A stretch of 64,000 nt of DNA from Candidatus Aenigmatarchaeota archaeon (GTDB lineage Archaea > Aenigmatarchaeota > Aenigmatarchaeia > JACPZZ01), in NCBI GenBank assembly GCA_016202815.1, contig JACQNZ010000008.1:97932-161931 (forward strand), in the 5' to 3' direction. Made by a program: the position numbers and the translations under genes. Below, one piece after another: positions 46,150-54,402 of the stretch (within the stretch, counting starts at the first letter, position 1; each line of letters begins with the position of its first letter). Under the pieces are notes generated by a model that had not been told where the DNA came from, ran no database searches, and saw only the letters and a program-made list of their open reading frames with translations.

Positions 46150-46214
46150 ATGCGTTTTAGTTGGCGGTAGACCGAAACATATGCATACACAAAGCATATG
46201 TTTCAATCAGAAAC

Positions 46215-46348
46215 GCGGGGGTAGCAAAGCTCGGTTAAGGACTAAAAACAGTTGCCGTTTTGCATGCAACTGTTTCAGCCGACTACATGCGCAGGCTTGA
46301 GGGGTCTGTGGCTTAGTGCCTTCGTGAGTTCAAATCTCACCCCCCGCA
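46215..46348 (+). tRNA. tRNA-Leu(GAG) with ~48-nt D-loop intron (~46237-46284)
   Basis: GCGGGGG/CCCCCGC acceptor; CAGGC-TTGAGGG-GTCTG; long variable arm; GTGAG TTCAAAT CTCAC; intron hairpin AAACAGTTGC/GCAACTGTTT. Confidence 0.88.
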
Positions 46349-46377
46349 CTTATGTTCATACTGGTGAGATTATTTCT

Positions 46378-47223
46378 ATGGACTGGGAGTTATTGGCACT
46401 GGTCGCGGCCTTGTCCAGCGGGTCTGCGAGGCTGGTTCACAGGCACGTAATGAAAAAAGAAGGCCACGTTGCATATAGCTGGATTTTAAACTTGTTGGGT
46501 GTGGTATTTTTTCTTCCGTTATTAAGCAGAGGAATTAATATGCCGGCATCGCCGTATGCTTGGCTGCTGGCGCTGTTTGCGGGTCTTTTGTGGGCAATTG
46601 TATCATTGCTGGGATTGAAGTCTTACAGGTATACACAGGTATCGCTCAGGGATCCGTTAGCAAGGACAGACGTATTGTTTTTGCTGTTATTTTCTTCATT
46701 GATTCTTGCCGAATCAATAACAATTGAAAAATTGTCCGGGTTTTTTATTATTTTTTCAGGCCTGGTGGTTTTGACGTGGCATAACGGAAGGCTGTTTGGG
46801 AAACTGTCTGACAAAGGCGTGAAGCTCACCTTATTCACCGCGGTTTTGAACGGCTTCGTTGCCGTTGTAGACAAGATGGCGCTGGCCTATTTCGCGCCGG
46901 CATTCTATGGGTTCCTTATGTTTTTTATACCTTCTGTGTATCTGACCCCGCTGGCATTGAGGAATAGGATTGGGATAAAAAGCCTGGTTTCAAAAAAGGC
47001 CGGCTGGGTGGTTGCGGTGTCTGTGTTAATCGTTATATCTTACTATTCCCAGCTGTCAGCGTATTCGCTCACAGAAGTAAGCAATGTGTTTCCTGTATTG
47101 CAGCTGTCCAGCTTGGTCGCTGTCATCGGAGGCGCTATATTTCACAAGGAAAGGGATTTGGGTCTAAGATTGATTGGCGCGGTTTTGATGATACTGGGAA
47201 CGGTTATTATCGTGGCGTCTTAG
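46378..47223 (+). CDS. EamA/DMT family transporter
   Basis: About 10 TM segments in two repeats. Confidence 0.88.
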   Translation: MDWELLALVAALSSGSARLVHRHVMKKEGHVAYSWILNLLGVVFFLPLLSRGINMPASPYAWLLALFAGLLWAIVSLLGLKSYRYTQVSLRDPLARTDVLFLLLFSSLILAESITIEKLSGFFIIFSGLVVLTWHNGRLFGKLSDKGVKLTLFTAVLNGFVAVVDKMALAYFAPAFYGFLMFFIPSVYLTPLALRNRIGIKSLVSKKAGWVVAVSVLIVISYYSQLSAYSLTEVSNVFPVLQLSSLVAVIGGAIFHKERDLGLRLIGAVLMILGTVIIVAS

Positions 47224-47270
47224 ATATTACAGGCGATCCAACTAAATACTTGTAATTTGTTATATTATCC

Positions 47271-47906
47271 ATGCAGCCAAAATTCGAAATGCACGCGCTG
47301 AAGATATTCGCTCTGTGCACGGCTGCGTTTGCAGTTCAAAAACTATACGCGCCTTTTACAGGTCTATTTGGCCTGGACTCTTCTTCGGTTTTGCAGCGGC
47401 CATGGACGCTAATAACGTACATGTTCCTTCACGCGAATTTGCAGCACCTGGTATCAAATATGTTCGCACTTTTATTGTTCGGCTTGATACTGGAAAAAGT
47501 AGCAGGCTCTAAAAACTTCCTTAAGGTATATTTCGCGTCAGGCATTGCAAGCGGTTTGGTTGGTGTGATGTTTTATGATTCTATTGTCGGGGCATCAGGC
47601 GCGATCTTCGGCGCAATGGCTTCGCTGGCCTTGCTGCGTCCGAGTTTAACAGTGTGGGTCGGTTATGTCCCGATGCCGATGGTCGTTGCGCTTTTCGTCT
47701 GGGCCGCCGCGGATTTTTTGGGCGTGTTCGTTCCCGATAGCGTAGCCCATATTGGCCACCTTGCAGGCATGCTATTCGGGGTCGCGTATACGTTTGCGTA
47801 TTTGCGCCAGTTCATGGAAAAACCGGAAAGGAGATACAGGATCCGCATAAGCGAGGAAACGATACGCGAATGGGAAAAGCGGTATATGCTGGCGCCGAAA
47901 GGATAA
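47271..47906 (+). CDS. Rhomboid intramembrane serine protease
   Basis: PWTLITYMFLH, HLVSNM, GASGA, AHIGHLAG. Confidence 0.94.
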   Translation: MQPKFEMHALKIFALCTAAFAVQKLYAPFTGLFGLDSSSVLQRPWTLITYMFLHANLQHLVSNMFALLLFGLILEKVAGSKNFLKVYFASGIASGLVGVMFYDSIVGASGAIFGAMASLALLRPSLTVWVGYVPMPMVVALFVWAAADFLGVFVPDSVAHIGHLAGMLFGVAYTFAYLRQFMEKPERRYRIRISEETIREWEKRYMLAPKG

Positions 47907-47930
47907 TTAACCACGCCGCGGAGTAATATT

Positions 47931-48533
47931 ATGGCGCGCGCACTAATAGCCAAGCTGCTGAGGTTCGGCGGCCGCAGGATGGGCGGCAAGGACGTTGACG
48001 TGGATCCGAAAAAGCTTGACGCTGAAGTGAAAAAGATAGACAAAATAGAGATGCGTCTGGAAAACGCCGCGGACAAGATGATCAAAAGCACTGAAGAGCT
48101 GGAAAACATCAAGCACGGCGTGCTCAAACGAAAGGACCATCTGGGGTGGATGGGCGGCCAATTAACTTTGTTGGCCATGCAGGACGTGGTAGGCGCAATA
48201 TTTGGCGCCGTGTTTTTCGTGATAACGCAGGAAATATGGGACCTGTCGGCACGGTTGGGAGCTCTAAACATCGCCGCCATAGCCATATTGTCATTCTTCA
48301 TGGGATTTTCTTTGGTTTACATGTCAAGGCGTAGGAAACTTGTCTCTATCAGGATATTCCACACCTCGTTTTTGCGCGCCATTGAAATTTACCTCATATC
48401 CTTCATAGTGTCGCTGAGCCTGATCACGGTGTTTAGCACCGCGCCGACTTTCGACCTGATGATAAAGCAGGCCGTTGTGATCTCATTCCCGGCTGTCATT
48501 ACCGCAGCCACGGCCGACCTGTTATTTTACTAA
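47931..48533 (+). CDS. Membrane protein (DUF2391-like)
   Basis: QDVVGAIFGA, TQEIW, AATADL; four TM segments. Confidence 0.65.
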   Translation: MARALIAKLLRFGGRRMGGKDVDVDPKKLDAEVKKIDKIEMRLENAADKMIKSTEELENIKHGVLKRKDHLGWMGGQLTLLAMQDVVGAIFGAVFFVITQEIWDLSARLGALNIAAIAILSFFMGFSLVYMSRRRKLVSIRIFHTSFLRAIEIYLISFIVSLSLITVFSTAPTFDLMIKQAVVISFPAVITAATADLLFY

Positions 48534-50152
48534 AAATTGGACGCGTATCTCGTTATCGCTTCTGCGACCCTTTCAATGCCGAGTATGCTCGCCAAATTCC
48601 CTATTTTCGGCCCGCGCTCTATGCCAAGTATCGAAACATAGAGCATTTTGAAAAATCTGGCTGCGTCAAGGCCGTTTCTTTTTACAATATCGAAAGCCAG
48701 CGCCTGTATCTCATCTGCAGGCATGCCGGCCTTCAGTGAGCGCGCGAATTCCAGCATGCCGGCCTTCTCATCTTCGCCCGCCTCTATGGGAACGGCTTTT
48801 ATCTCGTCTTTCATTACAGCGAGCCAGTTTGCCGCGTATTCGAGCCGCTCCTTTAATTCGTTTTCATACCCTTCCTTTGCGTGGCCTGTTTGCTCCAGGA
48901 TATCGGAAACAACCTTCAACCGCTCCTCGTTTTTGATCGGGAGAACTTTTGTAAGGTTGACCAGGGTGTCGTAATTTATCCTGAATGACGGCTTCGTAGG
49001 CGTGTTCATAAAATTTACGAATTGGTAAAGCCTTTTTAGCTGGGTTGTTTCTTTTTCGTTGGTTAGTTTCTTTTCGTCAAAGAATATCCTGTCCAAATCG
49101 TCGACTTCGTTCATGTATTTTGGTATGTCCTGCGGAGATAATTCGCGCGTTCCTGTGGCGCGTTTGAACATCAGCAGCGAAATCGATTTTTTCGACCCGT
49201 ACCTCAACCAGTCCTGCGCAGTAAACACGTTTCCGACGGACTTGGATATTTTTTTCCCGCCCGTTTCCAAAAACAGCTCGTAGAAAAGGTGCAGCGGCGG
49301 GTCAAAATCCAGTATCTCCCTGCACACCCTGTCATTTATGTTTACGGAATCGCGTATGTCCTTGCCCGCGGCCTCGAATGAAATTTTCAGCGAAGCCCAG
49401 CGCGCAGCGAACTCGACTTTCCACGCAAGCTTGCCGTCGGCTTTCGCAAACGACGCCTCGCCTTTGTGCCCGCACCCCTGGACTATGACGGCGTTGCCAG
49501 TGGCCTGGTTCTTTCCCTTGAACTCCTGGTCGCAGGCGTAAGCGACTTTTCGTTCTTTGGAAAAAACGTCAGTGACGCGTGTTGTGTAGATCCTTCCGCA
49601 TTTTTCGCACACGGGATAATAGGGATAAACGTCCAGGAATTTTTCCTGCCCGACCATTTCCTTGATTATGATGCCGATTTTTTTGTAGTTTAGAAGCAGC
49701 TTTTCTATAGCGTCGTCCAAAACGCCGCTCCGGTAAACTTCTGTGGCTGATTTGAACGTGTATTCGACGCCCGTTCGTTCCATCGCATCGATCAATATCG
49801 AGCTCATGTGCTCGCCGTACGACCCGTGGCAGCGGAACGGGTCCGGTATCTCAGTCACAGGCGAGCCTATGTATTTTTCCAGCGAGCTGTCAAATCCCGA
49901 CGGGACCTTTCGTAAACCGTCACGGTCGTCCGAATAAGCGATTAATTCGGATTTGATCCCAAGGTCTTCCAGGGCCAGCTTAACAGCGTACTGCCGCAGC
50001 ACATCGCCGAAGCTTCCTATGTGCGGTATTCCGCTCGCGCCCAGCCCGGATTCCACGCGGAACACATTGATGCCGCGCCGTAGCGTCTCTTCGCGGTTTA
50101 CAACCTGCGCCGCGAACTGGTCTGCCCAGAACATGGATTTTTCTTTGATCAA
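48530..50152 (-). CDS. lysS: Lysyl-tRNA synthetase, class I
   Basis: FWAD, SGIPHIGS, DDRDGLRKVP, KLAWKVEFAARW, KISKSVGN, GPKIG. Confidence 0.96.
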   Translation of the reverse strand: MIKEKSMFWADQFAAQVVNREETLRRGINVFRVESGLGASGIPHIGSFGDVLRQYAVKLALEDLGIKSELIAYSDDRDGLRKVPSGFDSSLEKYIGSPVTEIPDPFRCHGSYGEHMSSILIDAMERTGVEYTFKSATEVYRSGVLDDAIEKLLLNYKKIGIIIKEMVGQEKFLDVYPYYPVCEKCGRIYTTRVTDVFSKERKVAYACDQEFKGKNQATGNAVIVQGCGHKGEASFAKADGKLAWKVEFAARWASLKISFEAAGKDIRDSVNINDRVCREILDFDPPLHLFYELFLETGGKKISKSVGNVFTAQDWLRYGSKKSISLLMFKRATGTRELSPQDIPKYMNEVDDLDRIFFDEKKLTNEKETTQLKRLYQFVNFMNTPTKPSFRINYDTLVNLTKVLPIKNEERLKVVSDILEQTGHAKEGYENELKERLEYAANWLAVMKDEIKAVPIEAGEDEKAGMLEFARSLKAGMPADEIQALAFDIVKRNGLDAARFFKMLYVSILGIERGPKIGNLASILGIERVAEAITRYASNF

Positions 50153-50220
50153 TGAAGCACCGGTCCAATGTAATGAAAGTGTCTGCGCTATTTAAATTAA
50201 ATTGTCCCACAGTAATAGTT

Positions 50221-51387
50221 ATGGCTGACATACTCACGCTTTCCGCGGTCGCTTTCTTTGTGGTTGTCGCGATTATCGTATACGTTGACAGGAAAAATGT
50301 CGAATTCAAGCCCTTCATGGTAATGAGAAGGACGAAAAGGGGAATCAAAATCATAGACTCGGTCGCAAAGTCAGCGCCCCGTTTCTGGAATTTCATCGGC
50401 TTGTTGTCGATACCGACTGCGGCAATGTTCATGGTCGCGGGCGTTGTCATGATGCTGTACATATCGGGGACGATAATCTCCGGCGAGCAGAAGGGGCCTG
50501 CAATGTCACTGATACTGCCGTCATTGTCTTCTCAGCAGCAAACGGGTTTGGGCGGGTTTGTGTTTTTCCTTCCGTTGTGGTTTTGGCTGGTGATGGTCAC
50601 GGTCCTCCTGGTCCCGCACGAAGTGTTTCATGGAATACTGTCAAGGACGGTCAAAGTGCCGCTGAAATCGGTCGGATTAATGATGCTCCTGATATTTCCA
50701 GGCGCCTTTGTGGAGCCTGACGAAAACAAATTAAAAAGGGCGCGCCGGATAGACAGGCTTAAAGTATTTGCGTCAGGCGCATTTGCCAACATACTCACCG
50801 CAGTTCTCTTGTTCGCTTTGCTGACGCAGGTGTTTCAGCCCGCTGTTGTTGCTGAGGTCGGCGTGAAAATTTACGGCGTGGACGGAAATTCGCCGGCGGC
50901 CGCATCCGGCCTGGCGCCGAATATGACAATAACAGGGATGAACGGCCTGAAGCTGGATAAGAATTCCAGGAATCCGGTAGGCGATATAATGGCGGCAAAC
51001 AATCTAAAACCCGGCGACAGCATAACGGTAAGCGCTGACGAAGATGTTTTTCGTTTAACGCTGTCGCAACATCCGCAAAACGCGTCGCGGCCGTTTATGG
51101 GAATAACCACAACAGGCCCTGTGATAACAAAGACAAATTATCTGGGTGTTGATTCGGCTTTGGCCGTGTTCAGTTATACATCGCTGATAATTTACTTCGC
51201 TCTTGTGATTGCGCTCGTCAACCTTCTTCCGTGGAAGCCGTTTGACGGCGGTTTGTTCTTCGAAACATTAATGGAATACGTTTCAAAAAAACACGCGCTG
51301 AAAATTGCCAACGCAGCCACAATGTTCATCCTGGCTGTTTTCCTTTTCAACTTTTTCGGCCCGGTCGTGATAAAGCTTCTTGCATGA
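50221..51387 (+). CDS. Site-2 protease (M50) with PDZ domain
   Basis: HEVFHG, GAFVEPDE, SPAAASGL, NLLPWKPFDGG. Confidence 0.93.
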   Translation: MADILTLSAVAFFVVVAIIVYVDRKNVEFKPFMVMRRTKRGIKIIDSVAKSAPRFWNFIGLLSIPTAAMFMVAGVVMMLYISGTIISGEQKGPAMSLILPSLSSQQQTGLGGFVFFLPLWFWLVMVTVLLVPHEVFHGILSRTVKVPLKSVGLMMLLIFPGAFVEPDENKLKRARRIDRLKVFASGAFANILTAVLLFALLTQVFQPAVVAEVGVKIYGVDGNSPAAASGLAPNMTITGMNGLKLDKNSRNPVGDIMAANNLKPGDSITVSADEDVFRLTLSQHPQNASRPFMGITTTGPVITKTNYLGVDSALAVFSYTSLIIYFALVIALVNLLPWKPFDGGLFFETLMEYVSKKHALKIANAATMFILAVFLFNFFGPVVIKLLA

Positions 51388-51412
51388 TAGTTTTTTGCGC
51401 CAGCCCGGCCGT

Positions 51413-52378
51413 TCAGTATCCGCGTCTTTTGTCCACCACGTTGGTCATAGGCTCTTTGTTCAGGTAATGCCGGAGGTTTTCACAGAATATTTTGGTGGCC
51501 CTGTCTATGTAATGCGGCGTTGCCCCGGAAACGTGGGGTGTCACAATAACGTTTGGCATTGAATAGAAGGGGCTTGACACGGGCAAAGGCTCCTGTTCAA
51601 AGACGTCCAGCCCCGCACCCTTTAAACTGCCGGATGTCAGCTGTCCTATCAGGGCGTCTTCGTCCACGATGCCTCCGCGGCCTATGTTTATTATCACAGC
51701 CCCTCTTTTCATTTTCGACAGCCTGTTTGCGTCAAACATGTGGCGTGTTTCTTTTGTATACGGAAGGCAGATGATCACATAATCGGCGATAGGCAGCGCC
51801 GAATCGGCATCATTTATGGAATAAAGTTTGTCGATAAGCTCCGGCTTCTCGGTTTTTTCCCTTTTGATTCCAATAACCTTTACCTCAAACGCCTTCAAAA
51901 TCTTCGATATGCGTAGCCCTATTTCACCCAAACCATAAACTGCGGCAGTTTTGCCGCGCAACTCCGACATTTGTCCGAATTCAAACCTGTGCCATTCCTT
52001 TTTACTCTGGTAATCACGCGACAAGTGTAAGTTCCTTTCAAATGAAAGGATCATGCCGAGCACGTGTTCTGCTATCGGTATCGCGTGTATGCCTGACGAG
52101 TTGGTCAGGATTATGCCGGAATTTACCAGGCCGGGAACCATAAACCTGTCAACACCTGCTGACATGGTGTGGATCCACCCGAGCTTTGGTGCTGCTTTGT
52201 CCGAGAAATTCGCAGGAAAGTCTGCGGGGAATGTGAGGAGCACATCGGCGCTTTTCAGTGCGTCGGTAAACCGGTTTTCATCCTTCGGAAACGCCAACTC
52301 TGCATCTTCTGCGATGGACATGATTTCATCTAAATGTTTTTTATCCAATCTAACTTGCGGAGATACTGTAATATTCAA
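51413..52378 (-). CDS. D-2-hydroxyacid dehydrogenase
   Basis: SAGVD, GLGEIG, INIGRG, LDVFEQEPL, TPHVSG. Confidence 0.94.
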   Translation of the reverse strand: MNITVSPQVRLDKKHLDEIMSIAEDAELAFPKDENRFTDALKSADVLLTFPADFPANFSDKAAPKLGWIHTMSAGVDRFMVPGLVNSGIILTNSSGIHAIPIAEHVLGMILSFERNLHLSRDYQSKKEWHRFEFGQMSELRGKTAAVYGLGEIGLRISKILKAFEVKVIGIKREKTEKPELIDKLYSINDADSALPIADYVIICLPYTKETRHMFDANRLSKMKRGAVIINIGRGGIVDEDALIGQLTSGSLKGAGLDVFEQEPLPVSSPFYSMPNVIVTPHVSGATPHYIDRATKIFCENLRHYLNKEPMTNVVDKRRGY

Positions 52379-52390
52379 ACCGGATCACTT

Positions 52391-53593
52391 TCAGAAATTT
52401 TTCGTGGCCGTTAATTTGAATGGCCTTCTCCCGTAAGAGTGTCGGTAATTGTTTCGAAACGCCAGCGAAGTCACAAAAGGCGAGATTATGTTCACGAACA
52501 GGAACACCAATACCATGGTGGAATAAAGCGACAGGTCTATGGCGCCGGACGCGAGCCCTATGCTCAGGATTATCAGCGACATCTCGGATATCGAAACCAT
52601 GCCTGCGCCTATCCTGTAAGCCTCGCCGGTGGAATGCCCGACAACCATTAATGGGATAACGTAAGACAGCATCTTTAGCACTATTGCGAAGGCAACCAGC
52701 GGGATTACGAACGACAGATGGCTGGCCGTAGCCGGCACATTCACGCTCAGGCCGATGGACGCGAAGAATATGGGTATGAAGAACGATTCGCCCACATCCT
52801 TCACTTTTTTGGAAATGGTTCCTGCCTGCGACGTCTTGCTAAGCAAAAGGCCTGCAAGAAACACGCCCAAAAAGCTTTCGATGCCGAGCTTTTCGGTAAA
52901 GCTGGCCATAGTGAACGCCAGCACAAGCGTAAGCCCCAGCAGCGCATCCTCAAGCCCGTACTTCTGCACGGCATTGATCATCAGCGTTATGAATCTTACA
53001 CCGGTCCGGCTCATCACCACGAAAAAGCCGACTATGATGAAAATCAGCTTGGCCATTGCCTCCACGCCGATAAAGGAGTTGCTGAGGAAATTCGCGACAG
53101 CGGCTATGCTAAGTATCGCCACAACGTCGTTGACGACCTGGAAGCCTATGATCGTTTCGCCTTCCTTGCTGTTTAACTCGCCCAAGTTCGCCAGCGTGCG
53201 GGACGCGATTACGAGGCTCGATTGCATCAGCGCAAGCGCAACGACGGCTATGACGTAAATGTTCCAGCCCAAAAACGAACCTGCAACGTATGTTACCGCA
53301 ATAACGGCAGCGGCCATGACGAGCTCTATCGCAGAATAAAGCTCAACCTTATGTTCTATTTTCTGCCATTCTATGGACAGGGTAGTGAGAAGGACTAAGA
53401 ACATAAGGCCCAACTGGCCTACGGACTCCACAATCGGCGACGGCTTGACAAGGTTTAACATTGACGAGCCCAGTATGACGCCGGCCAGAAGCTCGCCCGC
53501 GAGGCTCGGCTGGCGCAGCTTGTAGAAGAGTATTCCGCCCATCTTTGCCCCGAACAGCAGGAGCGCAAGGTCGAATATTTCCAGATTTGCCAT
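52391..53593 (-). CDS. Cation:proton antiporter (CPA2 family)
   Basis: GELLAGVILG, VVNDV, LGVFLAGL, FFIPIFFASIG. Confidence 0.92.
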   Translation of the reverse strand: MANLEIFDLALLLFGAKMGGILFYKLRQPSLAGELLAGVILGSSMLNLVKPSPIVESVGQLGLMFLVLLTTLSIEWQKIEHKVELYSAIELVMAAAVIAVTYVAGSFLGWNIYVIAVVALALMQSSLVIASRTLANLGELNSKEGETIIGFQVVNDVVAILSIAAVANFLSNSFIGVEAMAKLIFIIVGFFVVMSRTGVRFITLMINAVQKYGLEDALLGLTLVLAFTMASFTEKLGIESFLGVFLAGLLLSKTSQAGTISKKVKDVGESFFIPIFFASIGLSVNVPATASHLSFVIPLVAFAIVLKMLSYVIPLMVVGHSTGEAYRIGAGMVSISEMSLIILSIGLASGAIDLSLYSTMVLVFLFVNIISPFVTSLAFRNNYRHSYGRRPFKLTATKNF

Positions 53594-53768
53594 TTAATCG
53601 CCTAATAATACCCAAAAATGCCGCGCATCCGCAACACTAAAGAGCCTTCCGTGCCGCCTTTACGTGTTAATGGGCTTTGCAGCCTTCGGTGTTCGCTAAA
53701 AACGGCACTATAACATTATGATTAATTTTTTACAAATAAAAAGGAAAGGGTTGTGAAGAGACGGATTT

Positions 53769-53843
53769 AGGGCCCGGCGGGATTTGAACCCGCACATGAA
53801 GGTCCGAAGCCTTCCGCGCTGATCCTGGTTACGCCACGGGCCC
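53769..53843 (-). tRNA. tRNA-Arg(TCG), no intron
   Basis: GGGCCCG/CGGGCCC acceptor; GAAGG-CTTCGGA-CCTTC; GCGGG TTCAAAT CCCGC. Confidence 0.95.
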
Positions 53844-53953
53844 GTTTTAGTTGGAACCATGCCGTATATTCTACCGGTATGGTTCAGTTTACGATGCACC
53901 TGTTTCAGTCTACCACTAACTTAGTTATTAACTTAACCCTTTATGGTTTTTAT

Positions 53954-54379
53954 ATGGACGAAAAATTCATGAAAATCGCCATAGCAGAGGCGAAAAAATC
54001 TTCGGAAAGGGGAAGGTGCGGGGCGGTAATAACCAGGGACGGCATTGTCATTTCAACCGCTCATAATACCCAAAGGTCTTCTAACGACGCTTCCGCACAC
54101 GCCGAAATAAATGCCATAAGGTTGGCTGGTCAGAAGCTAGGCAACAAATATTTGGAAGGCTGTACAATTTACTGCACATGCGAGCCTTGCACAATGTGCC
54201 TTTCTGCAATTGTTTTTGCCAAGATAGGCAGGATAGTTTACGGTTTATCTTTTTCGGATATGTTTCCTGATGGAATGTTTTATGAAAAGGACATGGAATT
54301 GTTTTTGTCGAAAGCGGCTCATAAAATTGAAGTTGTGAAAAATTTCATGAAAAAGGAATGCGCCGGATTAATTCACTGA
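53954..54379 (+). CDS. Zn-dependent nucleoside/nucleotide deaminase (TadA/guanine deaminase-like)
   Basis: AHAEINAIR, CEPCTMC. Confidence 0.9.
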   Translation: MDEKFMKIAIAEAKKSSERGRCGAVITRDGIVISTAHNTQRSSNDASAHAEINAIRLAGQKLGNKYLEGCTIYCTCEPCTMCLSAIVFAKIGRIVYGLSFSDMFPDGMFYEKDMELFLSKAAHKIEVVKNFMKKECAGLIH

Positions 54380-54402
54380 GTTTTTTAATTTTTCCGGGAC
54401 GA

